DNA of 64,000 bases from Alkalispirochaeta sp. (GCA_965601925.1 OZ271854.1:800001-864000); one strand, 5' to 3'; numbered from the stretch's first letter, positions 39,695 to 49,777 are shown. Notes: generated by a model from the letters alone, not told the origin. Program-made: numbers and translations.

Positions 39695-39721
39695 AGCCGC
39701 GCGAACCGCGGACGTCGCCCG

Positions 39722-40423
39722 TTACAATCGCGCCTTCACCTGCCGCAACCGCTCTGCGTGGTAGCTGAAGTCGCGCTCGGGGAAGATCGTCGGCAAGAGC
39801 CTGACGGCGCGCTCCATATCTTCCAACGCGGCCTCGACGTGTGGCATGTCCTTGGCGATATCGATGTAGAAGTATTGCCACCCCTTGACCGCGCATGAGG
39901 CGAACATCGCGTCATAGTACTGCGAAAGTGAGAACTCCATCGGTACATACCAGTTGCGATCAAAGAAGGCGATGTGCGGCGGGAAGGTCCCGGGCTTGCG
40001 GACGAAGCAACCGAAACGCCAGTCGTCGCCCCACGCCTGCTGCTCGAACCAACCCAGCTTCTCGAAGTGCGCCAGGTTCTCCGGTACCTCGACATCCGGC
40101 GGCAACGAGAAGTCGACCTTCCAGAACTGCGACGGTACCGCCAGCGACTCCCACAGGCCGTTGATCTTGAAGCCGCCGTAGAGGAACTCATCGTCGGCGA
40201 CGTGCCACATCAAGGAGGCGCCGTCAAAGTCGATGTAATCGGTATCGCCGCCCGAAAGCGTAACCCCGCAGTCCCGGGCGATATCCTCGACGACCATCTC
40301 CAACACGCCCTCTTCCGAAACCTCAGGATCGACCCACTGTTCCCGATCGTCTGGACCGGCCAGCCGTGGACCGTTCAGAAGCTCTTCTTTGAACGTCTGG
40401 AACTGCTCGATAACGCTTGCCAT
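39722..40423 (-). CDS. SUKH/SMI1-like putative immunity protein (paralog 6)
   Basis: 'GGFKING', 'FGC', 'SQYYDAM...WQYFYID', 'LPTIFP'; closest to 23518..24393. Confidence 0.65.
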   Translation of the reverse strand: MASVIEQFQTFKEELLNGPRLAGPDDREQWVDPEVSEEGVLEMVVEDIARDCGVTLSGGDTDYIDFDGASLMWHVADDEFLYGGFKINGLWESLAVPSQFWKVDFSLPPDVEVPENLAHFEKLGWFEQQAWGDDWRFGCFVRKPGTFPPHIAFFDRNWYVPMEFSLSQYYDAMFASCAVKGWQYFYIDIAKDMPHVEAALEDMERAVRLLPTIFPERDFSYHAERLRQVKARL

Positions 40424-40773
40424 GGTTGGATGGCGCCCCCTTGACTATCGGCGTCGTGATCGTCGCGTTGTTGCGCCAGCCACTCTTCGTCGTGCGCCTT
40501 TTGCGTGTAGTTGTAGAGCAAATCCATGTCTGCGGCGAGTCGTCGCGATATGACCAGTGTGCCGTCGGAGGTGGTCCGATACGGCTCGCGGTAGAAGCTC
40601 AAAACGAACTCGAGGTTGGAGATGAACTCAGGGTCGTCGATAGGCGGTTCGAAGACGTACTGGTCGCCCGCGACCGTTACCGGACGAAATGCGGCATCGA
40701 TCAGAGAGCTACAGGAGAATGTTACGAGGAAAAGGAGCGTAACAAGGGTAATGCGTGCGATCAGTTTTAACAC
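40375..40773 (-). CDS. putative lipoprotein
   Basis: GTG start, 'LLFLVTFSC' spirochaete-like lipobox. Confidence 0.55.
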   Translation of the reverse strand: MLKLIARITLVTLLFLVTFSCSSLIDAAFRPVTVAGDQYVFEPPIDDPEFISNLEFVLSFYREPYRTTSDGTLVISRRLAADMDLLYNYTQKAHDEEWLAQQRDDHDADSQGGAIQPWQALSSSSRRSKKSF

Positions 40774-40808
40774 GACTCGTCTCTCCGACACCACAGTATC
40801 ACTTTGGC

Positions 40809-40843
40809 GAGGCTCTTTCAAAACTGCGTTTTGTAAGAGCCTC
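40809..40843. repeat. 35-bp palindrome
   Basis: GAGGCTCTTTCAAAAC-TGC-GTTTTGTAAGAGCCTC, 16-bp arms, 1 mismatch. Confidence 0.8.
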
Positions 40844-41572
40844 ACTATCGGACCGATACCGGTCACAACGGTGAGGACGTCCGTCTCCGAACCGGCTCTA
40901 TCAGATCTTCGCTTTCGCCGACGCGTAGTCTTCTTGCTTCGAATGCCGGAGGTCCCGATAGCCCCGCAGCATCTACCCCTGTGGGCGGGAGAGCAACGGT
41001 GCGCGTATACAGGCTCATTGCGCGATAGGAAGACGCCATTCCGCCGGTAGAGCTCCTCTCCCGTGATAATCGGCCGCCCTACGGCTTTTTGTGCTCCACG
41101 GAGGAGTACGACGACACGAAAAAGGTGATCGATGGCTCCGGGGTAACGTCGAGGGGTGTGTCCCAATGGGGTTTTTTAGCATCTCTTTCCGGGGTGCATT
41201 GGTACACGATGTTCGGCCGGGATACTGAGTCGGGCGCCGACGCGGTACGACTCCCACTCGGACCGGTGCGTACTAGTCTCGTCCTCGCTGCACGCACACA
41301 GGCCGTCGCCGTGTCCCAACGCCGAGGCGAGGCGTTGCAAGCATTCTCACAGTCGATATGGGGGCCGATGCCCGGCTATCACGCGAACCCCCGACGTGCT
41401 CGCAGAGTTGACGCAGGATGCATCGCCGAGCAGCACCTATTTGCGTGCGCCCAGGGGCCGATCGCCGGCGGTCGTCGTCCGGCCCGGTTGCGTACCGCAG
41501 GCGAAGCCAAGGAACGCAGCCTCTGCCCCCTGCGGGATTTCCTCCCTTCGCCTTCACGCTCGTTCTGTGGTG

Positions 41573-42601
41573 TGTGTGCCTCATAGACATCATTTCACGT
41601 CTTGAACTGTTTTTTCAATTGAAGATCAAGCCGGTAATTCTGTTCCTGATGTCTTTCTTGAGAGATATCGAACTTCGATTCAGCTTCGTCCCAAAGGGTG
41701 TTGGTTTTGACCGGTCTCCGATCCGATCAATGGGAGATTTTCTATTCAAAGAGCCGTGTGGCCGATCCCAGTTATAGAAATACTACCACTCCGCTAAAAG
41801 CAGGTCGAGCTCTTCAAGACCGGTTATCAAAATCTACGTGGGGTAAAACTCCCGTAAGTCTGTTTGCTGTGAACGTTCGACCTTCCCGTTCAAATGCGGA
41901 GATACAGGCCGTGTGGGTCGGAATTTGATACCGTATTCTTGAAGCCTTTCCTGAACAGAACACGCAAGGAACTCTCTACCACGATCCGTCTGAAGTCTTT
42001 GGATGAGGAATGGCATTTCCTCGACCGCGCAATCGATAAAATCCAAAGTATTCTTAGCTGTTCGACGGTTATAGACCCGTAGGACGCGATATCGCGTGCA
42101 ATCATCAACCGTTGTGTACTGATACCGTCCGCTTTTCATCTTGCAGCTGTCCAGTTGCACTCCCGGGATTGCCTTCTCATATCGTCTGTATCGTTTTTCA
42201 CGTTTTGGTCTACGGAGAAGCATCACTGATGGATGCGTGAGAACCTCGTGAATAGACGTGCGGAAAAGCGTAATATCACGCTTTCTCGGCAGTTCTAATT
42301 GGATTATCCGGTTTCCAATGTCTTGGTCTGTTCACATTGAAAAAATGAGTACGACTACATCATCCGTCAACGTAAGAGCAGGACCATTCTTCAAGTTTCG
42401 ACTTCGCGAGTGAAGACCTTCGACTCCCGACTCCTTGTATCGGTTTAACCACTTCCGCAAAGTCGGTCGAGAAACTCCGCATCTCCGACAGGTCAATCCT
42501 GAGTCTCGGGTCTCGTTATGTACGTCAACCCATTTTAATCGTGCTCTAATTTCACGATCCATTTCAGGATTCCAATTGAAACCATGTCTACGAGTTACAC
42601 A
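41573..42601 (-). mobile_element. IS481-family insertion sequence, degenerate
   Basis: Terminal IRs TGTGTGCCTCATAGACAT (41573-41590) and ATGTCTACGAGTTACACA (42584-42601); lower GC; no matching target duplication seen. Confidence 0.85.
41834..42562 (-). pseudogene. IS481 transposase pseudogene
   Basis: HTH 'CRRCGVSRPTLRKW', in-frame TGA at 42332, DDE core 'VQLD..VDDCTR..QTDRGREF..NGKVER', premature stop at 41834. Confidence 0.88.
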
Positions 42602-42806
42602 TAATGCGATACCTCTTGGTCGCTCTCTCAATGTTCGGCGATGTGTACTACGTACATGCATAGTTTCTCCTTCATCTGATGATGTCCAAAGATGACCGAT
42701 GCGCGAGCTCAGCCACCAATAGATTGTGGGAATGGCGCGACATCCTGCAGTTATATCTCAACAGCATCGGAGAGATGCATTATTTGTATGTTTTTGCTTG
42801 ATAATA

Positions 42807-43418
42807 CTATATCGCGATCGCGACACCACCGGTCAGCGGAAACAGTCGACCCGGCCCGCCGAATACCTCCCGCGTCCAAATCGTCCGCACCGTGAGCGGT
42901 GAGTCCGCGAGGTAGCGACCGATGTCACGAGTAAGCTCGCATCCGGCGACGGCGCGTTGTACCGGGTTGAGACGGCGCTGCCACGCGAGGACACGTCTAT
43001 CGCCGTGCGCGCCATGCTCCAAGAAACGATACTGACCGCCGGGCTTGAGCACGCGCCGGATCTCGTCGAGCACACGCGCAGGATCGGCTACGCCGCACAA
43101 CAAGAGGGTACTGACCACGAAGTCAAAGCGCCCCTCCGAAAAGGGAAGTGCCTCCGCCCGGCCGGTAACCCAATGCGTCGGCGGAGCCGCATCACGAAGC
43201 CGCGACTCGACGCGTGCCCTCATACCCGCGGCCTCATCGAGCACGGTGAGCTCGCGCACGAGTGGGGAGTAGTGCGGCAGGTTGTTTCCCGTCCCGACAC
43301 CGATCTCGAGACCCACCCCGGATAGATCAACCACCTGTTGAGTCCGCAACGTCCGAAGCGGCGGGAGGTCGGCGACGTCGAAAAGAAGGCCGCGCAACCG
43401 TTCGATTCCGCTACCCAT
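42807..43418 (-). CDS. class I SAM-dependent methyltransferase
   Basis: LEIGVGTG, 'AEALPF..FD.VV', 'RVLKPGG..FLEH'. Confidence 0.9.
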   Translation of the reverse strand: MGSGIERLRGLLFDVADLPPLRTLRTQQVVDLSGVGLEIGVGTGNNLPHYSPLVRELTVLDEAAGMRARVESRLRDAAPPTHWVTGRAEALPFSEGRFDFVVSTLLLCGVADPARVLDEIRRVLKPGGQYRFLEHGAHGDRRVLAWQRRLNPVQRAVAGCELTRDIGRYLADSPLTVRTIWTREVFGGPGRLFPLTGGVAIAI

Positions 43419-43462
43419 ACGCCACCGGAGTACGCCGCAACGCAGATCGTCCGTTCATCTGT

Positions 43463-44149
43463 TCAACCGAAAAAACCGTCGTCGAGAGCCTCCTCGACGA
43501 ATACCGCCGCATCCCGAACGTTATCGATCGATCGACTCGTGTCGCGATCCGTATCCTCAAAGAGATGCCCCGCGTTCTCTACGACGAACACGCGCCCGTT
43601 GCGCGCCTTCTGAAGCGCGCCGACGAGCGATCGATCGTAGTACGGATCGCGGTCGCCGATCGCCATTAACGTGGGGGCGTCGTCGGCGATGAGGATATCG
43701 AGCAGCTCACGCTGACGTTCCGTGGGTGTGAGCAGCACATATCCCACGCGTTGAGCTGCGCCGCGCACCTCGGCCTCGGAGAGCATCGTGAATAACGCCG
43801 TCGTTCCCAACGACTTACCGATCAATAGTAGGTGGTCGCAATCGAGTGTATCGACCACGTACTTACCGATCTTTTGGTGTTCGCGCCGAAGGAAATCGTC
43901 CTTATCCTCGTCCCCCAATGCAAGAAACGCATCGTGCTCGCTATATCGATAGTCGATGGCGAGTACGTCCCAACGGCGCTTGATGAACACGAGCTTGAGA
44001 TAGAAAAGAAGCGGCGCCTCGGCGCTATAGGCGAAGCCGGGGAGTAACACCGCCGTCCGACGCGATAACGCGTCGGAAGCCGTCCAACGCGTGGTCCGAA
44101 TTCTTCTGCCGTCAACTCCGGTCAGATCCGATACATGTACGCTACGCAT
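43463..44149 (-). CDS. alpha/beta hydrolase family protein
   Basis: 'LLPGFAY', GKSLG, 'GDRD', 'AGH'. Confidence 0.8.
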   Translation of the reverse strand: MRSVHVSDLTGVDGRRIRTTRWTASDALSRRTAVLLPGFAYSAEAPLLFYLKLVFIKRRWDVLAIDYRYSEHDAFLALGDEDKDDFLRREHQKIGKYVVDTLDCDHLLLIGKSLGTTALFTMLSEAEVRGAAQRVGYVLLTPTERQRELLDILIADDAPTLMAIGDRDPYYDRSLVGALQKARNGRVFVVENAGHLFEDTDRDTSRSIDNVRDAAVFVEEALDDGFFG

Positions 44150-44239
44150 GCACTCCTCCCATGAACTCGCACGGTACGAATCGCAGTTGAAGATTATCGT
44201 ACATTCCCTCGCGCGCCGCGTCTCGACGTGACGCGCGCT

Positions 44240-45202
44240 TCAAATCGTAATAATCACCTTTCCGAGAGCGCGTCCATCCGCCAAATACTGGAGCGCGGCG
44301 GGGAGCTCGACCAACGGATACCGTCTATCGATGACCGGGGCGATCTTCCCCGCTCCGACGAGCTCCGCGAGGTTTGCCAGCTCCTTGTTGGGTTCATGTG
44401 CCAAAATCCGCAACGTTTTGCTCCCGAGGAGAGAGAGCGACGGACCTAAGAGTATAAACTGTAGAATCGTGCCGACCCCTCCCCCGATGACGATACACGC
44501 CCCGCCGCTTCGTAGGGCGCGCTGATAGTCGAGGATCGACCTCCGAGCCACGCTATCGATGATCAGGTCGTAGCGTCGTCGCGAGGCGGTGTAGTCCTCG
44601 TTCCGGTAGTCGATGAGATAGTCGGCGCCCGCCTCGCGCATCGTATCGAACTTCTCGGCTCCATCCACGGCGGTTACCTCGGCTCCCGCCGTCTTCGCCA
44701 TCTGGATTGCAAAGGTACCCACTCCTCCGCCCGCGCCGTTTATGAGTACCCTCCGACCGCGAAGGGCCGTCCCACGATCACGAACGGCCTGCCACGCCAT
44801 TACGGCCGCCTGCGGTATCGCGGCCGCTTCCTCAAACGATACGCCGGACGGTTTGCGGGTCAATACGGCCTCATCGGCGCACACGTACTCGGCAAAACCG
44901 CCCCACCCCGACGCGCACAAGTCGCCGAAGACCTCGTCGCCCACCCGGAATCGCGATACACCGCGGCCGATACCGGCGACGCGGCCGGCGATGTCCGCCC
45001 CGAGGATGCGATACTTCGGCTTGAAGAATCCCCACATACGAAAGGCGATGGGCCTACCGGTCACGAGATCCCAATCCCACGAATTGACGGAGGCGGCGTG
45101 TACGCGCACGAGCACCTCGTTATCCCTTGGTGACGGTTTCGGTACCTCTCGGAGTCGGAGCACGGACGGCGGTCCGTACCGGGTGTATACCATAGCCTGC
45201 AT
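44240..45202 (-). CDS. NAD(P)-dependent MDR oxidoreductase (quinone reductase/ADH-like)
   Basis: 'VHAASVN', NGAGGGVG, 'GRALGKVII'. Confidence 0.92.
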   Translation of the reverse strand: MQAMVYTRYGPPSVLRLREVPKPSPRDNEVLVRVHAASVNSWDWDLVTGRPIAFRMWGFFKPKYRILGADIAGRVAGIGRGVSRFRVGDEVFGDLCASGWGGFAEYVCADEAVLTRKPSGVSFEEAAAIPQAAVMAWQAVRDRGTALRGRRVLINGAGGGVGTFAIQMAKTAGAEVTAVDGAEKFDTMREAGADYLIDYRNEDYTASRRRYDLIIDSVARRSILDYQRALRSGGACIVIGGGVGTILQFILLGPSLSLLGSKTLRILAHEPNKELANLAELVGAGKIAPVIDRRYPLVELPAALQYLADGRALGKVIITI

Positions 45203-45349
45203 CTATCGCCCCCACGATCGCGTGTTTTTCAGGATATCACGACCAGGCGAGAGTATGGTCTCCGTATAGATTCGTCTCATCACCGGCATATCGTCGGACG
45301 AGATGTGCACCACCGGAAGGTGTCGAACATCGATGGCGGGATCGTGATG

Positions 45350-45380
45350 TCCCGGGTGGGGGACGTTCCCACACCCGGGA
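45350..45380. terminator. GC-rich stem-loop downstream of the lactonase gene
   Basis: TCCCGGGTGGGGGA-CGT-TCCCACACCCGGGA; no clear U-tract. Confidence 0.45.
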
Positions 45381-45402
45381 TGGGTATGTCGGCGCCGGTA
45401 TC

Positions 45403-46881
45403 TCAGCGCACGATCACCATCGAGTGCGCGCCGCGCGTAACGGGAACCGAGTACTCCGACTTCACCAACTCTACACGCTCCGGGTCGAGGGGATCGCCGG
45501 CGATGCGCCAGAAGTCGACCGAGCCGCCGACGCGTCGATCGTCGAAGTGGTCGTAGGTGACCACCGCAATGGAGCTACTCGAGTTGTCGAAGACCGCCGC
45601 CTCGGGCAGTATTCCGTCGTAGGTGTAGTCTCCGATGCGCGTGAGAGCGCCGGTCTCCGGGTCGAGGCGCACCAACGTAAGGGAGCTGAACCACGTGATG
45701 CGCGGGTCGTCGTAGGGGAGGTAGCTCCGCTCGAGGTTGGTCGTGACGACCCACCGTCCGTCGGGGCTCACCGCCAAACCTTCAGGAGAGACGCCGGTTA
45801 TGGCGCGCGAGACGAGGGCGTGACGCGGCGTTCCGTCGGGGTACGTTCCGGCGTTCATCCGCACCGAGAAGACCGACCCGCGTGGAGCCTCATTCCAGAA
45901 TCCCTGGACGTCGACGCCCCAGTAGAGGGCGTTGGCGACGACGTGGCGCCCGTCGGGAGTAAACTCGATCCGGTACTGTGCCTTTTCCGTCTCTACGACG
46001 TTCCCGTACAGCTCGAGGGTCAGCTCTCCGCCGTCACGGACGATCTCCACGAAGCGCACATTCGCGCCGACCTCGTTTAACAGGGCGAGGATATCGCCGT
46101 CGGGATGAAAGTCGAGGTCGATCAAGCGATCTCCGGCCGTCCATTGTGGGATTGCGGGGAAGACCGCCTCGCCGACGCGCCCGCCCTCGAAGGGGTAGAG
46201 ACCTATCGGCGTCTCGGCGCCGGCGCCTTCCGGATTGAAGCCGATCGCGACCAGCCCGCCGTCGGGACTCACCCTGACCGCGTCGGGTCGCGCCGGAATA
46301 GTGACCTCTTGATGGAGCACCGGATTCCGCGGGTTCGAGAGATCGATGACCGACAATCGATCTCCGACGGAGAAATCGGCGAATGTGTGCGTCATCTCGT
46401 CGCCGCCGTCGGGCCGCCGGGTGAAGGTCTCGATCACAAAAGCGTACCGCCCGTCCGGTGTGACGTCGACCGCCGCAGGGGGACCGGCGACGGAGTTACT
46501 CGCCTCTACTTCATAGGCGCGCCATTCTCTGGGGTCGTCGGTGAGAGGAATGACGCTCACGGCGTCGGTACCCTCCCGCGGTCCCAACATTCCGTTAACG
46601 TACGCAGAGGAGACCATGTCGGCATCGGAGACCGAGACGATGTAACGCCCGGCAAAGTCGAGACGGCCGAAAAGGTCACGGTCGGGGGCGTTGATCTCCT
46701 CCGGGGTAAAGACGCTCCCGGTCTGCGCTACCGACGTGTCCTCCGCACCGCCGCTTTCGCGAGTGCCGCGAGCCGACGCCGTCTCCGGCGAGGTGAAAGA
46801 CGAGACCACGACGAGTAGCGCTACGAGGGCGCCGCGCGTCGCACCGTCCAGCAGAAGATGGGATTCACCATACGTATCCAT
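45403..46881 (-). CDS. secreted beta-propeller (lactonase-like) protein
   Basis: Repeated (V/F)(T/S/H)PDG blades; signal ending ARGTRE. Confidence 0.8.
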   Translation of the reverse strand: MDTYGESHLLLDGATRGALVALLVVVSSFTSPETASARGTRESGGAEDTSVAQTGSVFTPEEINAPDRDLFGRLDFAGRYIVSVSDADMVSSAYVNGMLGPREGTDAVSVIPLTDDPREWRAYEVEASNSVAGPPAAVDVTPDGRYAFVIETFTRRPDGGDEMTHTFADFSVGDRLSVIDLSNPRNPVLHQEVTIPARPDAVRVSPDGGLVAIGFNPEGAGAETPIGLYPFEGGRVGEAVFPAIPQWTAGDRLIDLDFHPDGDILALLNEVGANVRFVEIVRDGGELTLELYGNVVETEKAQYRIEFTPDGRHVVANALYWGVDVQGFWNEAPRGSVFSVRMNAGTYPDGTPRHALVSRAITGVSPEGLAVSPDGRWVVTTNLERSYLPYDDPRITWFSSLTLVRLDPETGALTRIGDYTYDGILPEAAVFDNSSSSIAVVTYDHFDDRRVGGSVDFWRIAGDPLDPERVELVKSEYSVPVTRGAHSMVIVR

Positions 46882-46982
46882 GCATCGCTCCTTTGGTAGA
46901 TGATGACCAAAGGTCGGCCCGACCGCCCTCTGGCGGCCAATAGATGTATGGAATGGCGCGATAGCCGATCGCTATCTCCGGA

Positions 46983-47534
46983 TTACGAGCGACCGAGGAG
47001 AGCGACCCGGCCCTCTACAAGAGAAAGTCCGAGATCGAAGGCGTCGAGCGCCCTCCTGCGGGTACCGAAGCGCTCGGCAACGGCCGCCCTAAGAGAATCA
47101 CAGCCGACAATTCCGGTGAGGCTCGCTACGGAGCCCAGCATGCAGATATTCGCCGAACGATCGCTGCCGAGCTTCTCGGCCGCGGATCGGCTGAAGGGGA
47201 GCTCGACGCAGCGCGCATCGGTGGAGCGGTCGACGGTAACGTGGCTCGCATCGGTAACGAGGAGCGCTCCGGGTCGAATCAACCGCAGATTGGCGGTAAG
47301 CGCCTTTTGGTGCATGCAGACGAGAATATGTGCTTGCGTTACTTTGGGATACATCACCGGCCCGTCGGAGATGGTGACGTCGGCGCGACTCAGTCCGCCA
47401 CGCATCTCCGCTCCGTAGGTTTGCGTCTGCACGGCGTGGCGCCCCTCGTGTATGACTGCCGCCTCGCCCAGGAGGATACCGGCGCTTACGACCCCTTGCC
47501 CACCGAGGCCCGCGAATATCACCTTCCACGTCAC
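46983..47534 (-). CDS. korC: 2-oxoacid:ferredoxin oxidoreductase gamma subunit
   Basis: AGLGGQG, YGAEMRGG; GTGA overlap with beta. Confidence 0.88.
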   Translation of the reverse strand: MTWKVIFAGLGGQGVVSAGILLGEAAVIHEGRHAVQTQTYGAEMRGGLSRADVTISDGPVMYPKVTQAHILVCMHQKALTANLRLIRPGALLVTDASHVTVDRSTDARCVELPFSRSAAEKLGSDRSANICMLGSVASLTGIVGCDSLRAAVAERFGTRRRALDAFDLGLSLVEGRVALLGRS

Positions 47535-48352
47535 GACTCGTCCTCCCCGACACCCACGGCCACGCGCGCCACCATACGCCCGTACTCCTCGCAGTACTCC
47601 GGCCGTTCGGTCTCGACGAATACGCCGCGGGGGATAAGACTCGGATCGTCGGTACGCTTCGGCGAGTCTTTGGGAACGGTTCGCTCTTTGAAGGTGGTGA
47701 GCATCTCCACCGCCTCGGTGGACCCGTTCCGGCGGCCGAAGTGCGTCGGACACTGAGAGAGAATCTCGACGAGGGAGAAGCCGGTGTGGCTGATGGCGCG
47801 AGTGATAAGTTGTTGCATCTCGCGGACGTGGTAGGTGGTCGTGCGGGCGACAAACGTCGCGCCGGCGCCCCGAGCGAGCTCCACCGTGTCGAAGGAGTGG
47901 TCGATGGTGGAGTACGGGGCGGTAGAGGCGCGGATGCCGCACCCCGAAAGGGGTGAGTGCTGTCCGCCGGTCATGCCGTAGATGCGATTGTTAAAGATCA
48001 AAACCGTGATGTCGATGTTCCGCCGGGCGGCGTGAATGAGGTGGTTCCCGCCGATCGCCATAGCGTCGCCGTCGCCCATGGGCACGATGATCTTGAGGTC
48101 GGGACGGCTCATCTTAACCCCCGTAGCAAAGGCGAGGGCCCGCCCATGCAGCGTATGAAGGGTATGAAAGTCCAGATATCCCGATATGCGCGCCGAGCAC
48201 CCGATGCCGGAGACTACGACGATATCGTTCTTCTCCAGCTCCAACTCGTCTATCGATCGTATGAGGGCGTTGAGTATCGTACCGTGCCCGCACCCGGGGC
48301 ACCAAATATGCGGGAAGAATCGCTTTCTGATGTACTTCTTGACCACCGACAC
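47531..48352 (-). CDS. korB: 2-oxoacid:ferredoxin oxidoreductase beta subunit
   Basis: WCPGCG, SGIGCS, GDGD TPP motif, YGMTGGQ. Confidence 0.93.
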   Translation of the reverse strand: MSVVKKYIRKRFFPHIWCPGCGHGTILNALIRSIDELELEKNDIVVVSGIGCSARISGYLDFHTLHTLHGRALAFATGVKMSRPDLKIIVPMGDGDAMAIGGNHLIHAARRNIDITVLIFNNRIYGMTGGQHSPLSGCGIRASTAPYSTIDHSFDTVELARGAGATFVARTTTYHVREMQQLITRAISHTGFSLVEILSQCPTHFGRRNGSTEAVEMLTTFKERTVPKDSPKRTDDPSLIPRGVFVETERPEYCEEYGRMVARVAVGVGEDES

Positions 48353-48353
48353 G

Positions 48354-49565
48354 TTACACCCCCTGCCCTTCGACGATGCGTAAGACGCTGCGGATATCGC
48401 GCGGCGTGATAAACTGCCCGTCGACCCGATTTGCGAGAAAGACGGTACGCGGATCCTCCACCGCGTGTCTGACCTGTTGGTGAACTTGGCCCATGTTCAT
48501 CTCGACGACCACCGTAGCCCGACTTCCCGCGCACGCCTCGCGTACCGCGCCGGTGGGAAAGGGCCACAGAGTCTGAAGCTCCAACAGACCGAGTCGTCGC
48601 CCGTTCTGGCGCGCCTCGTGGACGACCTGTAGGGCGGAACGCGCCGGCGACCCATAGGAGACGAGAATCGTGTCCGCATCGTCGAGATGGAAGCGCTTTG
48701 CCGATGCAAACTCATCGGCGCGTTGCTCGATCTTATCGTGGAGATGATGTGCCAGGTCGTCTACGACCGACGGATTCGTGGACGGAAAGCCCCACATGTC
48801 GTGATAGAGGCCGGTGACGTTGTAGCGATGGATCCCCCCGAAGTCGGACATGGGGAGGCGTCCGTCCTCCCGGGCGAGGTACGGATGGTAGTCGACCCCC
48901 TCCGACACGGACGTCTGGAGTCGGTCCACCAGCTCGAGCTCCCCGCGCTCCGGTATCACCAACCGCTCGCGCATATGACCCAACAACTCGTCAAAGAGCA
49001 CCACCACGGGAGTGCGGTACGTCTCGGCGAAGTTGAAGGCGCGCACCGTAACCTCGAAGAGGTCCTGGTGGTTACTCGCCGTGAGGGCGACGATCGCGTG
49101 GTCGCCGTGGGTACCCCAGCGTACCTGGTTGATATCGCCCTGACTCGGTTGCGTCGGCAACCCCGTCGAGGGGCCACCGCGCATTACGTGGGCGACGACG
49201 CAGGGAATCTCGGACATGACCGCGAAACCCAACGCCTCCTGCATGAGAGAGAAACCGGGCCCGCTGGTGGCGGTCATGACCTTCTGCCCCGTCAGAGAGG
49301 CGCCGATAATGGCCGCCATGGAGGCGATCTCGTCCTCCATCTGAATGTAGGTTCCCCCGATACGGGGCAGTTGAGCGGAGAGAAACTCGGCGATTTCCGA
49401 TGACGGCGTTATCGGGTATCCGGCAAAAAAGCCGAGCCCCGCATATAAGGCGCCCTCGGCGCATACCTGATTACCTTGGATGAAAAGCGGCCGGCCGGCA
49501 GCCGGCCGGCTCGGCGTGGATCCCGTCTTCGATTCCGTCCGAGTCCCTTCGACCGCGGCCTTCAT
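48354..49565 (-). CDS. korA: 2-oxoacid:ferredoxin oxidoreductase alpha subunit
   Basis: YPITP, QMEDE, TSGPGF, RGGPSTG, EMNMGQ. Confidence 0.93.
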   Translation of the reverse strand: MKAAVEGTRTESKTGSTPSRPAAGRPLFIQGNQVCAEGALYAGLGFFAGYPITPSSEIAEFLSAQLPRIGGTYIQMEDEIASMAAIIGASLTGQKVMTATSGPGFSLMQEALGFAVMSEIPCVVAHVMRGGPSTGLPTQPSQGDINQVRWGTHGDHAIVALTASNHQDLFEVTVRAFNFAETYRTPVVVLFDELLGHMRERLVIPERGELELVDRLQTSVSEGVDYHPYLAREDGRLPMSDFGGIHRYNVTGLYHDMWGFPSTNPSVVDDLAHHLHDKIEQRADEFASAKRFHLDDADTILVSYGSPARSALQVVHEARQNGRRLGLLELQTLWPFPTGAVREACAGSRATVVVEMNMGQVHQQVRHAVEDPRTVFLANRVDGQFITPRDIRSVLRIVEGQGV

Positions 49566-49777
49566 ACGGCGGCCTCCTTCCACTCGAGCTCTATCGCCAG
49601 CTCCGGGCAAAGCCGTTCGCACAATTCGCACGAGATGCACTTCTCGACGTGCACCGCGTCTATCGTACCGTCCTCGTCACAATCAAAGACGCTCTTCGGG
49701 CAGAAGGCGACGCAAATGCCGCACCTCTTACACCACTCCCGATTGATATCAATCGCCTCAACCCGTGATCTCGCCAC
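49562..49777 (-). CDS. korD: 2x[4Fe-4S] ferredoxin delta subunit
   Basis: CKRCGICVAFCP and CISCELCERLCP. Confidence 0.9.
   Translation of the reverse strand: MARSRVEAIDINREWCKRCGICVAFCPKSVFDCDEDGTIDAVHVEKCISCELCERLCPELAIELEWKEAAV

Noticed and set aside
16965..40773. Prophage
   Set aside because: No terminase, capsid, tail, integrase or lysis genes recognisable.
40844..41480. Protein-coding ORFs in the gap before IS481
   Set aside because: Overlapping ORFs on both strands have no motifs or clear RBS; probably decayed sequence.
16965..41570. Integron cassette array
   Set aside because: No integrase, mixed gene orientations, and no recurring RYYYAAC...GTTRRRY element between genes; only isolated weak hairpins.
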